DNA of 64,000 nucleotides from an uncultured virus (IMG/VR IMGVR_UViG_3300031951_000040). Lineage: Duplodnaviria; Heunggongvirae; Uroviricota; Caudoviricetes. This document shows, in pieces, positions 46,942 through 57,375 of the stretch (positions are counted from its first letter, which is position 1; each line of letters opens with the position of its first letter). The stretch lies in the IMG/VR virus record IMGVR_UViG_3300031951_000040, one strand, 5' to 3'. The position numbers and the translations under genes were made by a program. Under the pieces are notes generated by a model. The model made no database searches and had not been told where the DNA came from. It saw only the letters and a list, made by a program, of their open reading frames with translations.

Positions 46942-47442
46942 ATGTTTAAGTATATATCTGAAATATTATCAAAATTCACACAGAGACAAAGAATTGTTGC
47001 TCTGTCAATTTTGTTATTTTCAATTATAATTATCTCGGTTGGACCCAAAATCACTGAGTCTTTAACATATAATGACGAAGAACTGAAATTAAGGATAGAA
47101 TCCCAAAACAATCAGATTGTACAACTAAACAATAGAATTGATGAGTTAAACAACCAAGTAATAGAAAATCAAAGAGAGTGTACCAATGAAATGGTTAAAA
47201 GGGAAAATGAGATATTAACTATTATAAGTGATATTGAAAACTATACCAATAAAATGAAAAACGAGACAAGAGTAGTAAACTCAATGTCTCGTAAAACCTA
47301 TAATATTAATGATGATAGTTCCGTAAGAGTGATGGCGATGCTTCCTGAATCATCTAACACCACCACTATTATTAATAATAAAAGGGATGAGAAATTAATT
47401 GGGATGATAAGGAACTTGAAGAAAAAAGTTAAGGACCAATAA
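46942..47442 (+). CDS. TM-anchored coiled-coil protein
   Basis: N-terminal TM, heptad pattern; ATATTTAT upstream. Confidence 0.65.
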   Translation: MFKYISEILSKFTQRQRIVALSILLFSIIIISVGPKITESLTYNDEELKLRIESQNNQIVQLNNRIDELNNQVIENQRECTNEMVKRENEILTIISDIENYTNKMKNETRVVNSMSRKTYNINDDSSVRVMAMLPESSNTTTIINNKRDEKLIGMIRNLKKKVKDQ

Positions 47443-47443
47443 T

Positions 47444-47677
47444 TTACTTGGTTGCAATTATTTCACCGGTTTCAACATCAGTTACGTATATTTTTCCATC
47501 GTCACCTTTACCAATAGCCACAGTTCTTTTTAATTCTTGTTCATCTTCGTACTCCTGAGCACCTGGTAATTCCTCGGGCTGTGCTTGAGTATCGAAATCA
47601 TCAAACTCAGCTTCGTTGATTGTTCTTTTTACAATATTTTCTAAATCTTTGATTGATAATTTAACTACTTTTTTCAT
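47444..47677 (-). CDS. Small putative virion/internal protein
   Basis: MKKVVKLSIKDLENIVKRTINE N-terminus; ATATTTATA upstream. Confidence 0.6.
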   Translation of the reverse strand: MKKVVKLSIKDLENIVKRTINEAEFDDFDTQAQPEELPGAQEYEDEQELKRTVAIGKGDDGKIYVTDVETGEIIATK

Positions 47678-47738
47678 TTTTTCTTTTATCTATAAATATC
47701 GTATGTAAACAAAAAACCCCTCTTTCGAGGGGTTCTTT

Positions 47739-48590
47739 TTATTTAATACCTATCATCGTATTATTTTTGTCACCTAACATGGTTTCGGGTAACTTCCCAT
47801 TCCATTTATTAATCCATTCAAGTTGTAGGAGTAAAGGTGTAATTGTTTGTTGTTTCATCCGATTGGCTTCGGATTCCGCTTTAGCCGCGGTCAACATTGC
47901 TTGAGCATTACCATTGGCGGTTGCAATTTTAATCTTGGCTTGAGCTTCCGCAGTTTTTACCTCATTTTCCGCCCTTAACGCTGCTTGGACCGCATTGTTC
48001 TTGGCTTCAATGGACTTCTTAAATGTCTCAGGGTAAATCAAATTTGAGGTGAATTGGTTTATCACAAACCCTTCTTTTAAAAGTTGACTTTCCAATAGTT
48101 TACGAACCTCAACTTCAAACACCGCCCTATTCGAGATTAGTTCATCAGCAGTGTACTTATTTGTTGCTAAACGAAACGCGTCATATACTGCGGTCTTTAA
48201 AAATCCCTCCTCAATTTCAGGTAATGACCTACGATACTTTGAAAATATTGTGGGTACTTTTTCTCTTTGAACCGAATAGTTCATAATTGGGGATACTTGA
48301 AACTCAGAACCGTCTTTTGAGTTTACAACAAATGAATTATCAGATTCCTCAGTTTTCTTATACTCTTTGTGTTGAATATAGGTTGGGAATTCATAAATCT
48401 TTGTTGTGAAGGGGTTGTAGAATACCATACCTGTACATTCGGTGACATCATCAACACCCTTTCCATCACCATATAGATTTACTTTTACACCGACGTGACC
48501 GGCGTCAATTCTCTCACAAGAGAAAAACAATAAGGTTAGGATAATGAATCCTAAAATTCCGAAAATTAATCGTTTCAAAAATGGTTCCAT
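47739..48590 (-). CDS. SPFH/band-7 (prohibitin-like) membrane protein
   Basis: RIDAGHVGVKV..G, AEAQAK coiled coil, KWNGKLP motif. Confidence 0.88.
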   Translation of the reverse strand: MEPFLKRLIFGILGFIILTLLFFSCERIDAGHVGVKVNLYGDGKGVDDVTECTGMVFYNPFTTKIYEFPTYIQHKEYKKTEESDNSFVVNSKDGSEFQVSPIMNYSVQREKVPTIFSKYRRSLPEIEEGFLKTAVYDAFRLATNKYTADELISNRAVFEVEVRKLLESQLLKEGFVINQFTSNLIYPETFKKSIEAKNNAVQAALRAENEVKTAEAQAKIKIATANGNAQAMLTAAKAESEANRMKQQTITPLLLQLEWINKWNGKLPETMLGDKNNTMIGIK

Positions 48591-48593
48591 AAT

Positions 48594-48938
48594 TTATTTA
48601 GTTTGTTTTTTAATTTTAATTGTTGTTTTAGATTTTCTTTCTTTTTTGGTAACTTTCTTTGGATTATAATCCAATTCCGTCTCAGGTGTTTTATTTGGGT
48701 CCGGTGTGAAGAGTTCAAAAGGTTCATCATTAAAGTACATAAACCTAATATAAAAAACCGCAAACATTGCCGTACCCACCGAAAAAATCGCTGAGATTAT
48801 GTTGATTATCGTATTTGCAACGGTTAATCCAGGAAAGATTAAAAATTGATAAGAAATTCCAATGAAGAAAAATACCAAAAAGGTAATCGTTGTTTTGGAT
48901 TTTATAATATTGGTGAAGATTTTGTTTAACATGTTCAT
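48594..48938 (-). CDS. Two-TM membrane protein
   Basis: Hydrophobic helices, basic tail. Confidence 0.6.
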   Translation of the reverse strand: MNMLNKIFTNIIKSKTTITFLVFFFIGISYQFLIFPGLTVANTIINIISAIFSVGTAMFAVFYIRFMYFNDEPFELFTPDPNKTPETELDYNPKKVTKKERKSKTTIKIKKQTK

Positions 48939-48976
48939 TAATTAAATTATATGAAATATTTTTTAAAGTAAAAAAT

Positions 48977-49648
48977 TTAACCTACAACATTTTTCATGTC
49001 GTCATTGTGATGGTCTATATCCCCCAATTCAGAACCAATCGGAACCTTCAACATTGGATTTAAAACCTCATGTACAAAGTCATATGGTCTGAACTCAGGG
49101 TGTCCATCCATACCAACATCCATTCTTCTCCCACCACTAACTTTTAAGTGGTTAGGTAAATGACAGTGTCCGTGTAAATGGATTCTACCCTTTCTCAGAT
49201 TGTTCCACGAACTGATAGGATAATGTAACATCTCGAATGAATGCCCTTGGTATTCAAGTCTATTGTAATGACTTACACTGGTAAATAAACTCTGACAATT
49301 CTCACGGTTTCTTTCAATGTGATGGTCATGGTTACCCAATAGGATGTGAATCTCTTGACAAACGATTCTATGTCTGAATTCCGCTATATTATCAAACCCA
49401 CCGAATGACCAATCACCCAAGTGAATCAAAACATCATCCTGTCCAACAACCTCATTGATGTTGTTTACAATCGCGGCGTTCATCTTATCAAGAGTTGCGA
49501 AGTCTCTCGTTTGATTAACGGGAATACTACCGTCAGGCATTCTCCAATTAGTAATTCCTCTACATATATTAGTATGTGAGTAATGCGTGTCAGACGTTAT
49601 CCAAACTTTTCTATTGTTATCTATTCTTAACATATTAACTAAAATCAA
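48977..49648 (-). CDS. Calcineurin-like metallophosphoesterase
   Basis: SDTH..H, HLGD, GNHD, HYP, HGHCH, DVGMD motifs. Confidence 0.85.
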   Translation of the reverse strand: MILVNMLRIDNNRKVWITSDTHYSHTNICRGITNWRMPDGSIPVNQTRDFATLDKMNAAIVNNINEVVGQDDVLIHLGDWSFGGFDNIAEFRHRIVCQEIHILLGNHDHHIERNRENCQSLFTSVSHYNRLEYQGHSFEMLHYPISSWNNLRKGRIHLHGHCHLPNHLKVSGGRRMDVGMDGHPEFRPYDFVHEVLNPMLKVPIGSELGDIDHHNDDMKNVVG

Positions 49649-50141
49649 CTGATGTACTCACACGAAGTCCATCGATTATTAAATCATCATATTTTTCGTT
49701 GTCCATCCAAAACATTCCGTGGCCTTTCGACCTTTGGTCTCTCCTGTATTCTTCATTTACAACCCAACCATCTGGTTGACCCCACTCAAGAGCCATGGTG
49801 ATAAACTCTTCAACATTCCATTCTTCACCATATTCATCCACAATTCTTCCTGAACGAATAAATGAAAGTAGTTCTTCTTTATTTGAATAATGTTTATTAT
49901 TATGAAAATTCCAACAAAACTTCCACCCACCACTTCTTTTACCTAAATGAATTGATGTACCATCTCTGAATATGTCCCAAGGGCTAACTATCTCCCAAGA
50001 TTCTTTAAATGGGTCAATAAAGGGAAATCCACGTTCAATATCACTAGGTGACATTGTCATCTTTTCTATATCTCTTTGGAGACGTGATTTACGTGACTCC
50101 ATTTCCTCTGCGGTCGGTATACGATAATAATTTGTACCCAT
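49635..50141 (-). CDS. Conserved phage protein (MGTNYY N-terminus)
   Basis: HLGKRS.GWKF, IVDEYG, DFS motifs; ATG at 50141 follows a promoter. Confidence 0.7.
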   Translation of the reverse strand: MGTNYYRIPTAEEMESRKSRLQRDIEKMTMSPSDIERGFPFIDPFKESWEIVSPWDIFRDGTSIHLGKRSGGWKFCWNFHNNKHYSNKEELLSFIRSGRIVDEYGEEWNVEEFITMALEWGQPDGWVVNEEYRRDQRSKGHGMFWMDNEKYDDLIIDGLRVSTSVDFS

Positions 50142-50240
50142 TTTAAAATTAATATGGGCCAAATATATGAAATAATTTTGGATATACCAAAATATTGCAA
50201 AAAAAAATCCCGATTTCTCGGGATTTAATTTGGTTTTAAT

Positions 50241-51434
50241 TTATTTGACCACTTTTTGAACTATTCGACTCACCAATTTATTTTTTATTGATTCGTTAAG
50301 TTCATTTTGGTTTGGACCCCCAACTTGGTATCTTTTTACTGTTGCGCTTTTAAGATTGTCTTTTGGATTTAATGATAAAATCTGTGTTTTTAAATCATTA
50401 ATAACTTCCATTAACGCATCCACAACTTGTTTATCGTTCATTACCGTATAATTATCATTGAATGTTGTTCCAGGTCTAAGTTGTGCGGTTGCAGATGATT
50501 GAATTAATTTATCATCGAGAAACCCACCTTTTAATCCACTTTCGCTTTCAAGTTTTTTACCTAACTTGGTTTGAGCTCTAGCGGTCCACGCAAAACTATT
50601 TTCACCAATTAATTCTCCTTTAAGTTCAAAATCCATTCTAACTGTAACGTCTATGTTTTTTTCCTCAAGACCATATGCGTCTAACATATATTTTGGTGTT
50701 TTACCAGCATATTGTTTCAACATTTTTTTGTCTGCTCTCCAGTTATTGTAATTTTTATTGTACTGACGAGCCATATAAAATGTTTTCATTTCATCAGTAT
50801 CTTTACCCTGAACTCGAGCCACTGCCGATAATAAAAAATCCCTTACTGTTGGGTAAGCATTATAGTTATGTGTTGAGTATTCAATTAATTGATTTGTAAA
50901 TTTACCATATTGGTCGACATTCTTTCTATCTCTAGCAACCACAGCAGGAATACTTCTTTTGTTAAGTTCTTGAACAAACGATTCGTCTTCAAAAGTATTT
51001 GCAATGATTGTGAATAGTCTTCTCTTAATTGTTTCTTGTTCTTTATATGTGTCACCTGTGGGTTTATATCCACCCTCAACATATTTTTCAATAGGTCTAT
51101 GGTACTTTCCTCTCTTACAAGCGGCTAATTGTGGTTCTAAATTGTGGAGTTCTTTGATTTTTTCTAAGAATTCTTTGTTTGCATTTTTAAACGCTTCAAG
51201 TTCCTGACAATCTAATGGTACCACTAATATCTCACCACCCTCTTGTAAGGTGGGGTTTGCAATCCAATAATCAGGGATATCTGTGTCATTATCTTCTTTG
51301 AAGAAAGGTTTATATTTTACTAGTTTACCTTTGTCATCCCTGACACCCTTTTGTTTGTATGCCATTTCCTCCACATCAGAGATATAAGATTCAGAAATGA
51401 TACGTCTTAAATATTTTTCGGTTAATTTATCCAT
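50241..51434 (-). CDS. Putative virion-associated protein
   Basis: LTEKYLRRIISES N-terminus and ELNESIKNKLV C-terminus; GTATTTATA upstream. Confidence 0.65.
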   Translation of the reverse strand: MDKLTEKYLRRIISESYISDVEEMAYKQKGVRDDKGKLVKYKPFFKEDNDTDIPDYWIANPTLQEGGEILVVPLDCQELEAFKNANKEFLEKIKELHNLEPQLAACKRGKYHRPIEKYVEGGYKPTGDTYKEQETIKRRLFTIIANTFEDESFVQELNKRSIPAVVARDRKNVDQYGKFTNQLIEYSTHNYNAYPTVRDFLLSAVARVQGKDTDEMKTFYMARQYNKNYNNWRADKKMLKQYAGKTPKYMLDAYGLEEKNIDVTVRMDFELKGELIGENSFAWTARAQTKLGKKLESESGLKGGFLDDKLIQSSATAQLRPGTTFNDNYTVMNDKQVVDALMEVINDLKTQILSLNPKDNLKSATVKRYQVGGPNQNELNESIKNKLVSRIVQKVVK

Positions 51435-51477
51435 AGAAATAATTCTTTACATATAAATACAACCAAAAACAGAATTG

Positions 51478-51702
51478 TTAATACTTATCGGACAATCTTC
51501 TGACTTTTTCACCCAATTCCATATCGTTTGGTGTATCCCTAATTAAATCAATTGGAACACATAAGTTTTTAGTCTCATCGGAACGATTACATTTCTCACA
51601 CAATTGACCTAATCCCTCAACGTAACCGTATCTCAAATCAATATGAGTTTCAAATTCATATGGTGTCTCAACACCACAAATTACACAGGTATCTTTTGCC
51701 AT
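51478..51702 (-). CDS. Small zinc-finger protein
   Basis: CVICG...YVEGLGQLC..C, PND..LG..VR motifs. Confidence 0.65.
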   Translation of the reverse strand: MAKDTCVICGVETPYEFETHIDLRYGYVEGLGQLCEKCNRSDETKNLCVPIDLIRDTPNDMELGEKVRRLSDKY

Positions 51703-51757
51703 AACTTTTTGTTTTATGAAAAGATATGAAAGAAAAAGAAAAAGTAAAATTAATTTT

Positions 51758-53086
51758 TTACGCTAAAGATTTGATTTTTGGACTGGCACCTCTTTCGTAA
51801 CCATCTACAACTTTGGCAACCAAAGTACCAGTACCCCAAGTCTTAAGTGATTCACACTTAGCAATTTCCGCAGCACCAATATCATTTACCAAACCATCAA
51901 CAATACAAGTATAAAGACCATTTCTCAATGTTTTGATGGTTGCTTTCATACCGTCTTCTAAAGATTTGTAATTTTTAACACCAACACTATTTGCGTTAGT
52001 GGAACCCGGTAAATCCCATGTGGTATTAAATGGATTATATTTTCCACCCGAACCTTCTGACTGTCTCCAAGCGTATAAGAATTTTAAGTTTTCCTCACTT
52101 TCGGGTGCACCTAAATTTTCAAGTAGTTTTTTATAAAAATTGATGTCCGTTAAACCGTCAACATTGATTTGTGAATTTTTAGCCGCTTGGTCAAGGTATT
52201 GTTTTAACTCTTCGGATTTAACACCTTTAGCTTTTAATAATTCCAATAACTTATTTAACATTTCAGGTGTGGCATTTTCAGAAGTACCACTACTAGAAGA
52301 TGATTTACCACCATATTGTAAATGAAAATGACCACCAGTTGCGGCTTTGGTTGGATTGGTGTATTCATCTATGTATGAAAAATTACCATCACTACTTTTT
52401 GTTGAGTTGAGTAATTTTATAAAATCGGAAGCGTTTTTTGAATTATATGGATTTAAAACCAAATCAATTGCATTTCCTTTGGTGTGTTGACTTACGTAAT
52501 TTAAATTATGGTGGAATTTATCGTTACCTGCGGTTATGGTAACCTCAACATCAGGATTACTTTGACTGTACTTGTCAAGAATTTGACTAACAATATCTGT
52601 GAGTTTGTCATTAATAGAACCACCACTGGTTAACTCATTACCTTTTTCGGTGTAACCTAAATCATCTAATTTATCTCTTAATGAATCGGCACTTTCTTTG
52701 ATTACAGAATTATCTGATTTGAATTTTCTAACAGCACTTGCGGTTTCAGGACCAAATAAACCATCAACACCAAATTTAGGTAACTCATAACCCAAGAGTA
52801 TTAAACCAATTTGCATAGTTTCGACACCTTTTTGATATTCCATAGAACCTCTTGGTTGTTCTGATAACCCACCCTGAGCTGCGGTATCTTCTAATGTCTT
52901 ATAAAATTCTGCAACGTCAGGTGAAACTAAGTCCGCCTTTTTGGGGTCGTCTATTTTTTTTTCGTCTTTTTTACCTAACCCAATTTTACCCAATAAATCA
53001 TCGATAAAATTTTCATTTACCATTGATTTACCGTAGGTAATTTCATGGATTCGTTGTAATTCTTCTTGTAGTGTGGGTTTTTTCAT
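51758..53086 (-). CDS. Multidomain peptidoglycan hydrolase (PG-binding, M15-like peptidase, lysozyme-like)
   Basis: GVDGLFGPETASAV; SQHTKGNAID...HFHL; AWRQSEG...YNPFNTT. Confidence 0.75.
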   Translation of the reverse strand: MKKPTLQEELQRIHEITYGKSMVNENFIDDLLGKIGLGKKDEKKIDDPKKADLVSPDVAEFYKTLEDTAAQGGLSEQPRGSMEYQKGVETMQIGLILLGYELPKFGVDGLFGPETASAVRKFKSDNSVIKESADSLRDKLDDLGYTEKGNELTSGGSINDKLTDIVSQILDKYSQSNPDVEVTITAGNDKFHHNLNYVSQHTKGNAIDLVLNPYNSKNASDFIKLLNSTKSSDGNFSYIDEYTNPTKAATGGHFHLQYGGKSSSSSGTSENATPEMLNKLLELLKAKGVKSEELKQYLDQAAKNSQINVDGLTDINFYKKLLENLGAPESEENLKFLYAWRQSEGSGGKYNPFNTTWDLPGSTNANSVGVKNYKSLEDGMKATIKTLRNGLYTCIVDGLVNDIGAAEIAKCESLKTWGTGTLVAKVVDGYERGASPKIKSLA

Positions 53087-53137
53087 TAAAACAATTCTAT
53101 ACTTAAATAAATATCCCTACGTTTAGAAACGGTGTAA

Positions 53138-53710
53138 TTAAGTAAGGTAATCGATAATCTTTTGTTTTATACCAGATTGTTTGATACCTAAAGTAGATGA
53201 TGGAGTTAATACAAAATTATCTAAACCCCAATCTTTCCAGTCCTCTCCATTTTTACCCATATCCAAATCATCAACAGAAACCCAATGAGTAACTTCAGGG
53301 TGGTCGTGTAAAAATTGTTTAATCTCGATAACGCGAGTCATCTCCAAATCCCATCTCGGTGACCAAACCCATACTTTATCATTATACCAATTACACTGAC
53401 CTAAATTAGGTGTGAGAGCGATTGGTTTTTTAGAGATACCTTTTGATTCGTAGTATTCACCCATTTCTTCGAGATTTGCCCACCTCTTCCAATCAGATGA
53501 CGTTACAATTTCCGCACCTGTTTTTTCGATGATTTGGTTTAATACCTTAACCGCTTTTTGATTGAAATTATCAAATCGGTATTCTAGTGGCATTTCTGAT
53601 GTTGTCATAGATAATTTACGACCACCCCATTTTTCTTGTTTCTTGAATCGACCACCCCATTCTGACGACAAACAAATTACACCGTCGTGGTCTAAAAATA
53701 TAACTTTCAT
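53138..53710 (-). CDS. HAD-superfamily (Swiss-Army-knife RNA-repair-like) domain protein
   Basis: IFLDHDGV, IVTSSDW, R..EI..FL, WVSVDD motifs. Confidence 0.75.
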   Translation of the reverse strand: MKVIFLDHDGVICLSSEWGGRFKKQEKWGGRKLSMTTSEMPLEYRFDNFNQKAVKVLNQIIEKTGAEIVTSSDWKRWANLEEMGEYYESKGISKKPIALTPNLGQCNWYNDKVWVWSPRWDLEMTRVIEIKQFLHDHPEVTHWVSVDDLDMGKNGEDWKDWGLDNFVLTPSSTLGIKQSGIKQKIIDYLT

Positions 53711-54393
53711 TTATTGAATCTTTTAAATATTTTAATAAAGTCTGACGAATATTTTTCATAGACAGAATCTTTCCATTCATGATGTTTACCTGTTGACATG
53801 TATGCTTGAATCTCGTCATCAATAATCGTTTTGTCGTCAGAATATCCACCTTTAATTAAAACTTTTTTCAAATGTTCATAATCTCTATGATTAATATCTC
53901 CAATTAAATAATCGACCTCAACTTTGTATTGTGGGTTTGTATAATAAAATCCGTGAGCTATTTCATGATTCATTACACCACTTTTTACTTTATCAGCGCC
54001 GATAAGATACCAAGAATGTTGTTCACCACGATTCTTTATTCTACACTCTCTTTCACAGTATTCAATAATTTCATACATAGTATAATCATATTGGGTTCGA
54101 GGTAAACCAAACGTATTTTTTGCCTCTAAAAGAACTTTCGAGGGTATATTATAACCAGTCCAATCGCTTGGATACGTAAAATGAGGTTTTTTATTTGTAT
54201 CAATGTACAACTTCATGTATTGTTCTAAAGTGAAAAACTTACCTCTAATCTGTGGGTATGGAGATTCGTAAAATTCTTGGTATCTACAAAACAAGCTAGA
54301 CCTATCATATTGGTTTTTAACGATAACAGCAAATATGAAAGGTTTTATTTCTCTCACTTCACCTTCAATTAATGAATTTGAAATACGCATCAT
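53707..54393 (-). CDS. Zincin-like (HExxH) phage protein
   Basis: RYQEFYESP, W.GYNIP, HEIAHG, DEIQAY motifs. Confidence 0.65.
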   Translation of the reverse strand: MMRISNSLIEGEVREIKPFIFAVIVKNQYDRSSLFCRYQEFYESPYPQIRGKFFTLEQYMKLYIDTNKKPHFTYPSDWTGYNIPSKVLLEAKNTFGLPRTQYDYTMYEIIEYCERECRIKNRGEQHSWYLIGADKVKSGVMNHEIAHGFYYTNPQYKVEVDYLIGDINHRDYEHLKKVLIKGGYSDDKTIIDDEIQAYMSTGKHHEWKDSVYEKYSSDFIKIFKRFNK

Positions 54394-54451
54394 TTTAAGA
54401 TTTTTTAGTAAATATAACTATTTTTTTTCAAATTATCACTATATTTGACTT

Positions 54452-54919
54452 GTGAATATATTCTTTCTTGATAAAGATGTAAAAAAATGTGCCGAATATC
54501 ATTGCGACAAACACGTTGTGAAAATGATATTGGAAACTGCACAACTTTTGTGTGGGGCTCATCACATGACCGAACAAGTAACCGGTCAAGTACCGTACAA
54601 GTTGTCACATAAAAATCACCCGTGTTCAATATGGGTAAGAGAATCCTTGACAAACTATCTAATACTCTGTGAATTGGGTTTAGAACTTTGTAAAGAGTAC
54701 ACTTACCGTTATGGTAAACGTCATAAATCTCAAGAAGTTATTGAGTGGTGTGTCACAAATAAATTAAAAATTTGTGACAAAGGTTTGACTACACCACCAA
54801 AAGCAATGCCAATAGAGTATAAAACAGATTGTGTGATTGAATCTTACAGAAACTACTACAGGGGTGCAAAATCAAAATTCACAACATGGAAAAATAGAGA
54901 TGTACCTCCTTGGTTTTAG
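54452..54919 (+). CDS. Pyrimidine-dimer DNA glycosylase/DenV-like protein
   Basis: NIFFLD...A..HCDKHVVKMILETAQLL, HP...W, EYT.RYGK.H motifs; GTG start. Confidence 0.75.
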   Translation: MNIFFLDKDVKKCAEYHCDKHVVKMILETAQLLCGAHHMTEQVTGQVPYKLSHKNHPCSIWVRESLTNYLILCELGLELCKEYTYRYGKRHKSQEVIEWCVTNKLKICDKGLTTPPKAMPIEYKTDCVIESYRNYYRGAKSKFTTWKNRDVPPWF

Positions 54920-55062
54920 TAGAAATTTTGTTCGGTATGTTGTTTATTATCGTCCCAAGTATAATCATTATCTGATTCATAATTCTCCTGAATTATTTCA
55001 TCATTTACAATTGGGTTATCTTCTTTAATGACCTGATTATTAATTTCTTTTGGACTTTTCAT
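54916..55062 (-). CDS. Small acidic protein
   Basis: MKSPKEINN start preceded by ATATTTAT. Confidence 0.45.
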   Translation of the reverse strand: MKSPKEINNQVIKEDNPIVNDEIIQENYESDNDYTWDDNKQHTEQNFY

Positions 55063-55073
55063 GAAAATAAATA

Positions 55074-55541
55074 TTAAGGTCCGACAAAATATTTTGACCT
55101 CCAAAATTGATACCATTTTCTCTTTTGGATTGGTTTACATTTTGAGAACGGATTGTCCCCAAAATTTACTCTTCCTTGATATCTTGAAGATAAAACATTT
55201 AAAAATATTTCATGGTATTCAGGTGGTATAGTATTAAAGTCTGCCTTTATTTCAACTCGTAAAGAAACTGGTCCCTCATCGTGTTGAACTACCAAATAAT
55301 CATTTAGGGTGATTATTGTTGATTTTCTAATATTAATCCATTCACCACTAATACCAATATCCTGATTGTTTTCATTTGATGGGTCAACAACTATCATCTC
55401 TTCTTCTTTTTGTGGTTCGACTTTTTGTTTTGTCTTATTCTGTCTCATTTGATAATATGTGGTCAAATTCTTCGGCAGCTTTTGGGTTTCTTTCATAGAA
55501 CATATCATACGCCATCGCGAACCTATTATATTCAGTTTCAA
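55074..55541 (-). CDS. Hypothetical protein (start uncertain)
   Basis: KWYQFW C-terminal motif. Confidence 0.55.
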   Translation of the reverse strand: MKLNIIGSRWRMICSMKETQKLPKNLTTYYQMRQNKTKQKVEPQKEEEMIVVDPSNENNQDIGISGEWINIRKSTIITLNDYLVVQHDEGPVSLRVEIKADFNTIPPEYHEIFLNVLSSRYQGRVNFGDNPFSKCKPIQKRKWYQFWRSKYFVGP

Positions 55542-55707
55542 ATAAAAATAGATAGGTTTGTAAACTATCCATTTCCTGTTTGGTTCTTGATAGTTCCGTT
55601 TTTAATTTATTTTCTCTATGTATGGATTTTTGGAGAAGAATACCCATAGAGATGGCAAACAACATGGTGAGTACCAAATAAAATTTGATATCTTGAATGA
55701 ATTTCAT
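55435..55707 (-). CDS. TM/coiled-coil small protein
   Basis: N-terminal TM segment. Confidence 0.6.
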   Translation of the reverse strand: MKFIQDIKFYLVLTMLFAISMGILLQKSIHRENKLKTELSRTKQEMDSLQTYLFLFETEYNRFAMAYDMFYERNPKAAEEFDHILSNETE

Positions 55708-55719
55708 GGTTAATACAAT

Positions 55720-55884
55720 TTAAAAGATTTCTTCCGCGATACCGAGTATCTCCGCCACAAAAAATAAAATTGCCGCAGTTTCTAAATTGGTAAAAAATAA
55801 GAAATAACAAGCCACGATTCTCAAACCTGACTTGGCCAAACTTATATTGAAGTGAGAATTAGATTTTGATTCTTTTGGTTCCAT
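55720..55884 (-). CDS. Small membrane protein (54 aa, not in ORF track)
   Basis: HFNISLAKSGLRI...AEILGIAEE; promoter at ~55905-55935. Confidence 0.6.
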   Translation of the reverse strand: MEPKESKSNSHFNISLAKSGLRIVACYFLFFTNLETAAILFFVAEILGIAEEIF

Positions 55885-55948
55885 GATTAAGGGGTTTTAC
55901 CAACCAAATATAGAAAAGAAAAATTTGATTTCCAAAAAAATCCTAAAA

Positions 55949-57352
55949 TTATTTTGAAATATATTCATATTTTTCTTTAGTCCATGTCATATTGGAATAT
56001 TTCATCATTTTTTTTGATATTTCATTTATTGCGGGATTGAAATAAGACTCAACAGGACTATTGGCCTTACCAAAAGACATTATCAAACTACCTTTTTTAT
56101 ATTCTAAATTAATCTTTGTTCGATTACATTTCATGGAAAGATAGATATAGACCACACCTTTGCTGAATTGTTTAGACATACAATTTTTCATCATAAATCC
56201 TTCAGTGAAAAAATCCTCTTCGGTTTTGAGTATTTTGGTTTGAAAAACTTTATTGTCAATTATAATGTCAGATTCTATTTCATTTATGAACTCCTCATTA
56301 AATGAATATCTTGTTTTGTAACCCCTTTTAAAATGATTTTTTATGTTTTCAAATTTATTTAAAAGTAATTCTACAGAGTCGGAATCGCTCGCATTAAATT
56401 TACAGGGGATATTTTTGGATTCTATGAATTCTCGAAGATTCATTAATTTGTTCACCAACTCAACAAAATTATCTTTATATAGGTTTGTGGTTTCCCAATC
56501 ATTAATAACCTTGACCATCATGGATTTTTCTTTATCATTTTTCAAAGTGTGGAATTTTCTGAAATTAGAATTACGTTTTACAATGTCGTGCCACTTAGTT
56601 TGTCTTAAATAATCAACGTAACCATCACCAAAAAGTTTACATAGAAAGCTTAGACTTTTAATATTCACATCAAAGTTTTGTGGTTTATTTAATTCAGCAA
56701 TCAAGTACTTTGATTTAATTCCATACGAATCTAAAATAGAAGGTAAAAATTTATTATCATTTAATTTTAACCATTTTTTCTGTGGATACTCTTGTTGAAT
56801 TGTGGTGTAAACAGTATCATGGTATTTTATATTTTTCTTTGATAAATGAAAATCAACTAACAAATCATATAGTGGATTAATATAGCATTTCTCTTGATAA
56901 TTCTTTTCAATATTAAAATTTGACTCAGATTGTATTTTGGATATTAAAATATTAATAATGTCCTGAATTGATTTATTATACCTTTTACCCCAATAATCTT
57001 TTCTCTTTTCACCCTTGTACATGCCGTTTTCTATTAGTGCAAGTATTGAATCAAAATTATTCTTCTTTCTATTATTTTTACTTCTACCTTTATCACCTTC
57101 ACTCACTGAATAGTTTGATAATTGGTAGTAAGTATTTATGTCCCCGTTTTTTAAATTAACCGTGAACCCGTGATGGATGGTAAGGATGTTTTTTATTCCG
57201 TATCGTAAATAATCGAAAGAAAAATCCGCGATATAGTGTATCAAACTATCATATTGATACAACTGTAATTCACAAATCGAAACCGAATTGTTCGTTTTGG
57301 ATTTTTTGTTTTGATAATGTCTAAGTAACAAATCCATGTATAAAATATACAT
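55949..57352 (-). CDS. PcfJ-like domain protein, paralog 1
   Basis: C-terminal EGFMMKNCM, then IYLS; likely start at MDLLL. Confidence 0.65.
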   Translation of the reverse strand: MYILYMDLLLRHYQNKKSKTNNSVSICELQLYQYDSLIHYIADFSFDYLRYGIKNILTIHHGFTVNLKNGDINTYYQLSNYSVSEGDKGRSKNNRKKNNFDSILALIENGMYKGEKRKDYWGKRYNKSIQDIINILISKIQSESNFNIEKNYQEKCYINPLYDLLVDFHLSKKNIKYHDTVYTTIQQEYPQKKWLKLNDNKFLPSILDSYGIKSKYLIAELNKPQNFDVNIKSLSFLCKLFGDGYVDYLRQTKWHDIVKRNSNFRKFHTLKNDKEKSMMVKVINDWETTNLYKDNFVELVNKLMNLREFIESKNIPCKFNASDSDSVELLLNKFENIKNHFKRGYKTRYSFNEEFINEIESDIIIDNKVFQTKILKTEEDFFTEGFMMKNCMSKQFSKGVVYIYLSMKCNRTKINLEYKKGSLIMSFGKANSPVESYFNPAINEISKKMMKYSNMTWTKEKYEYISK

Positions 57353-57375
57353 GGACTAAATTTAATTATGTAGTA

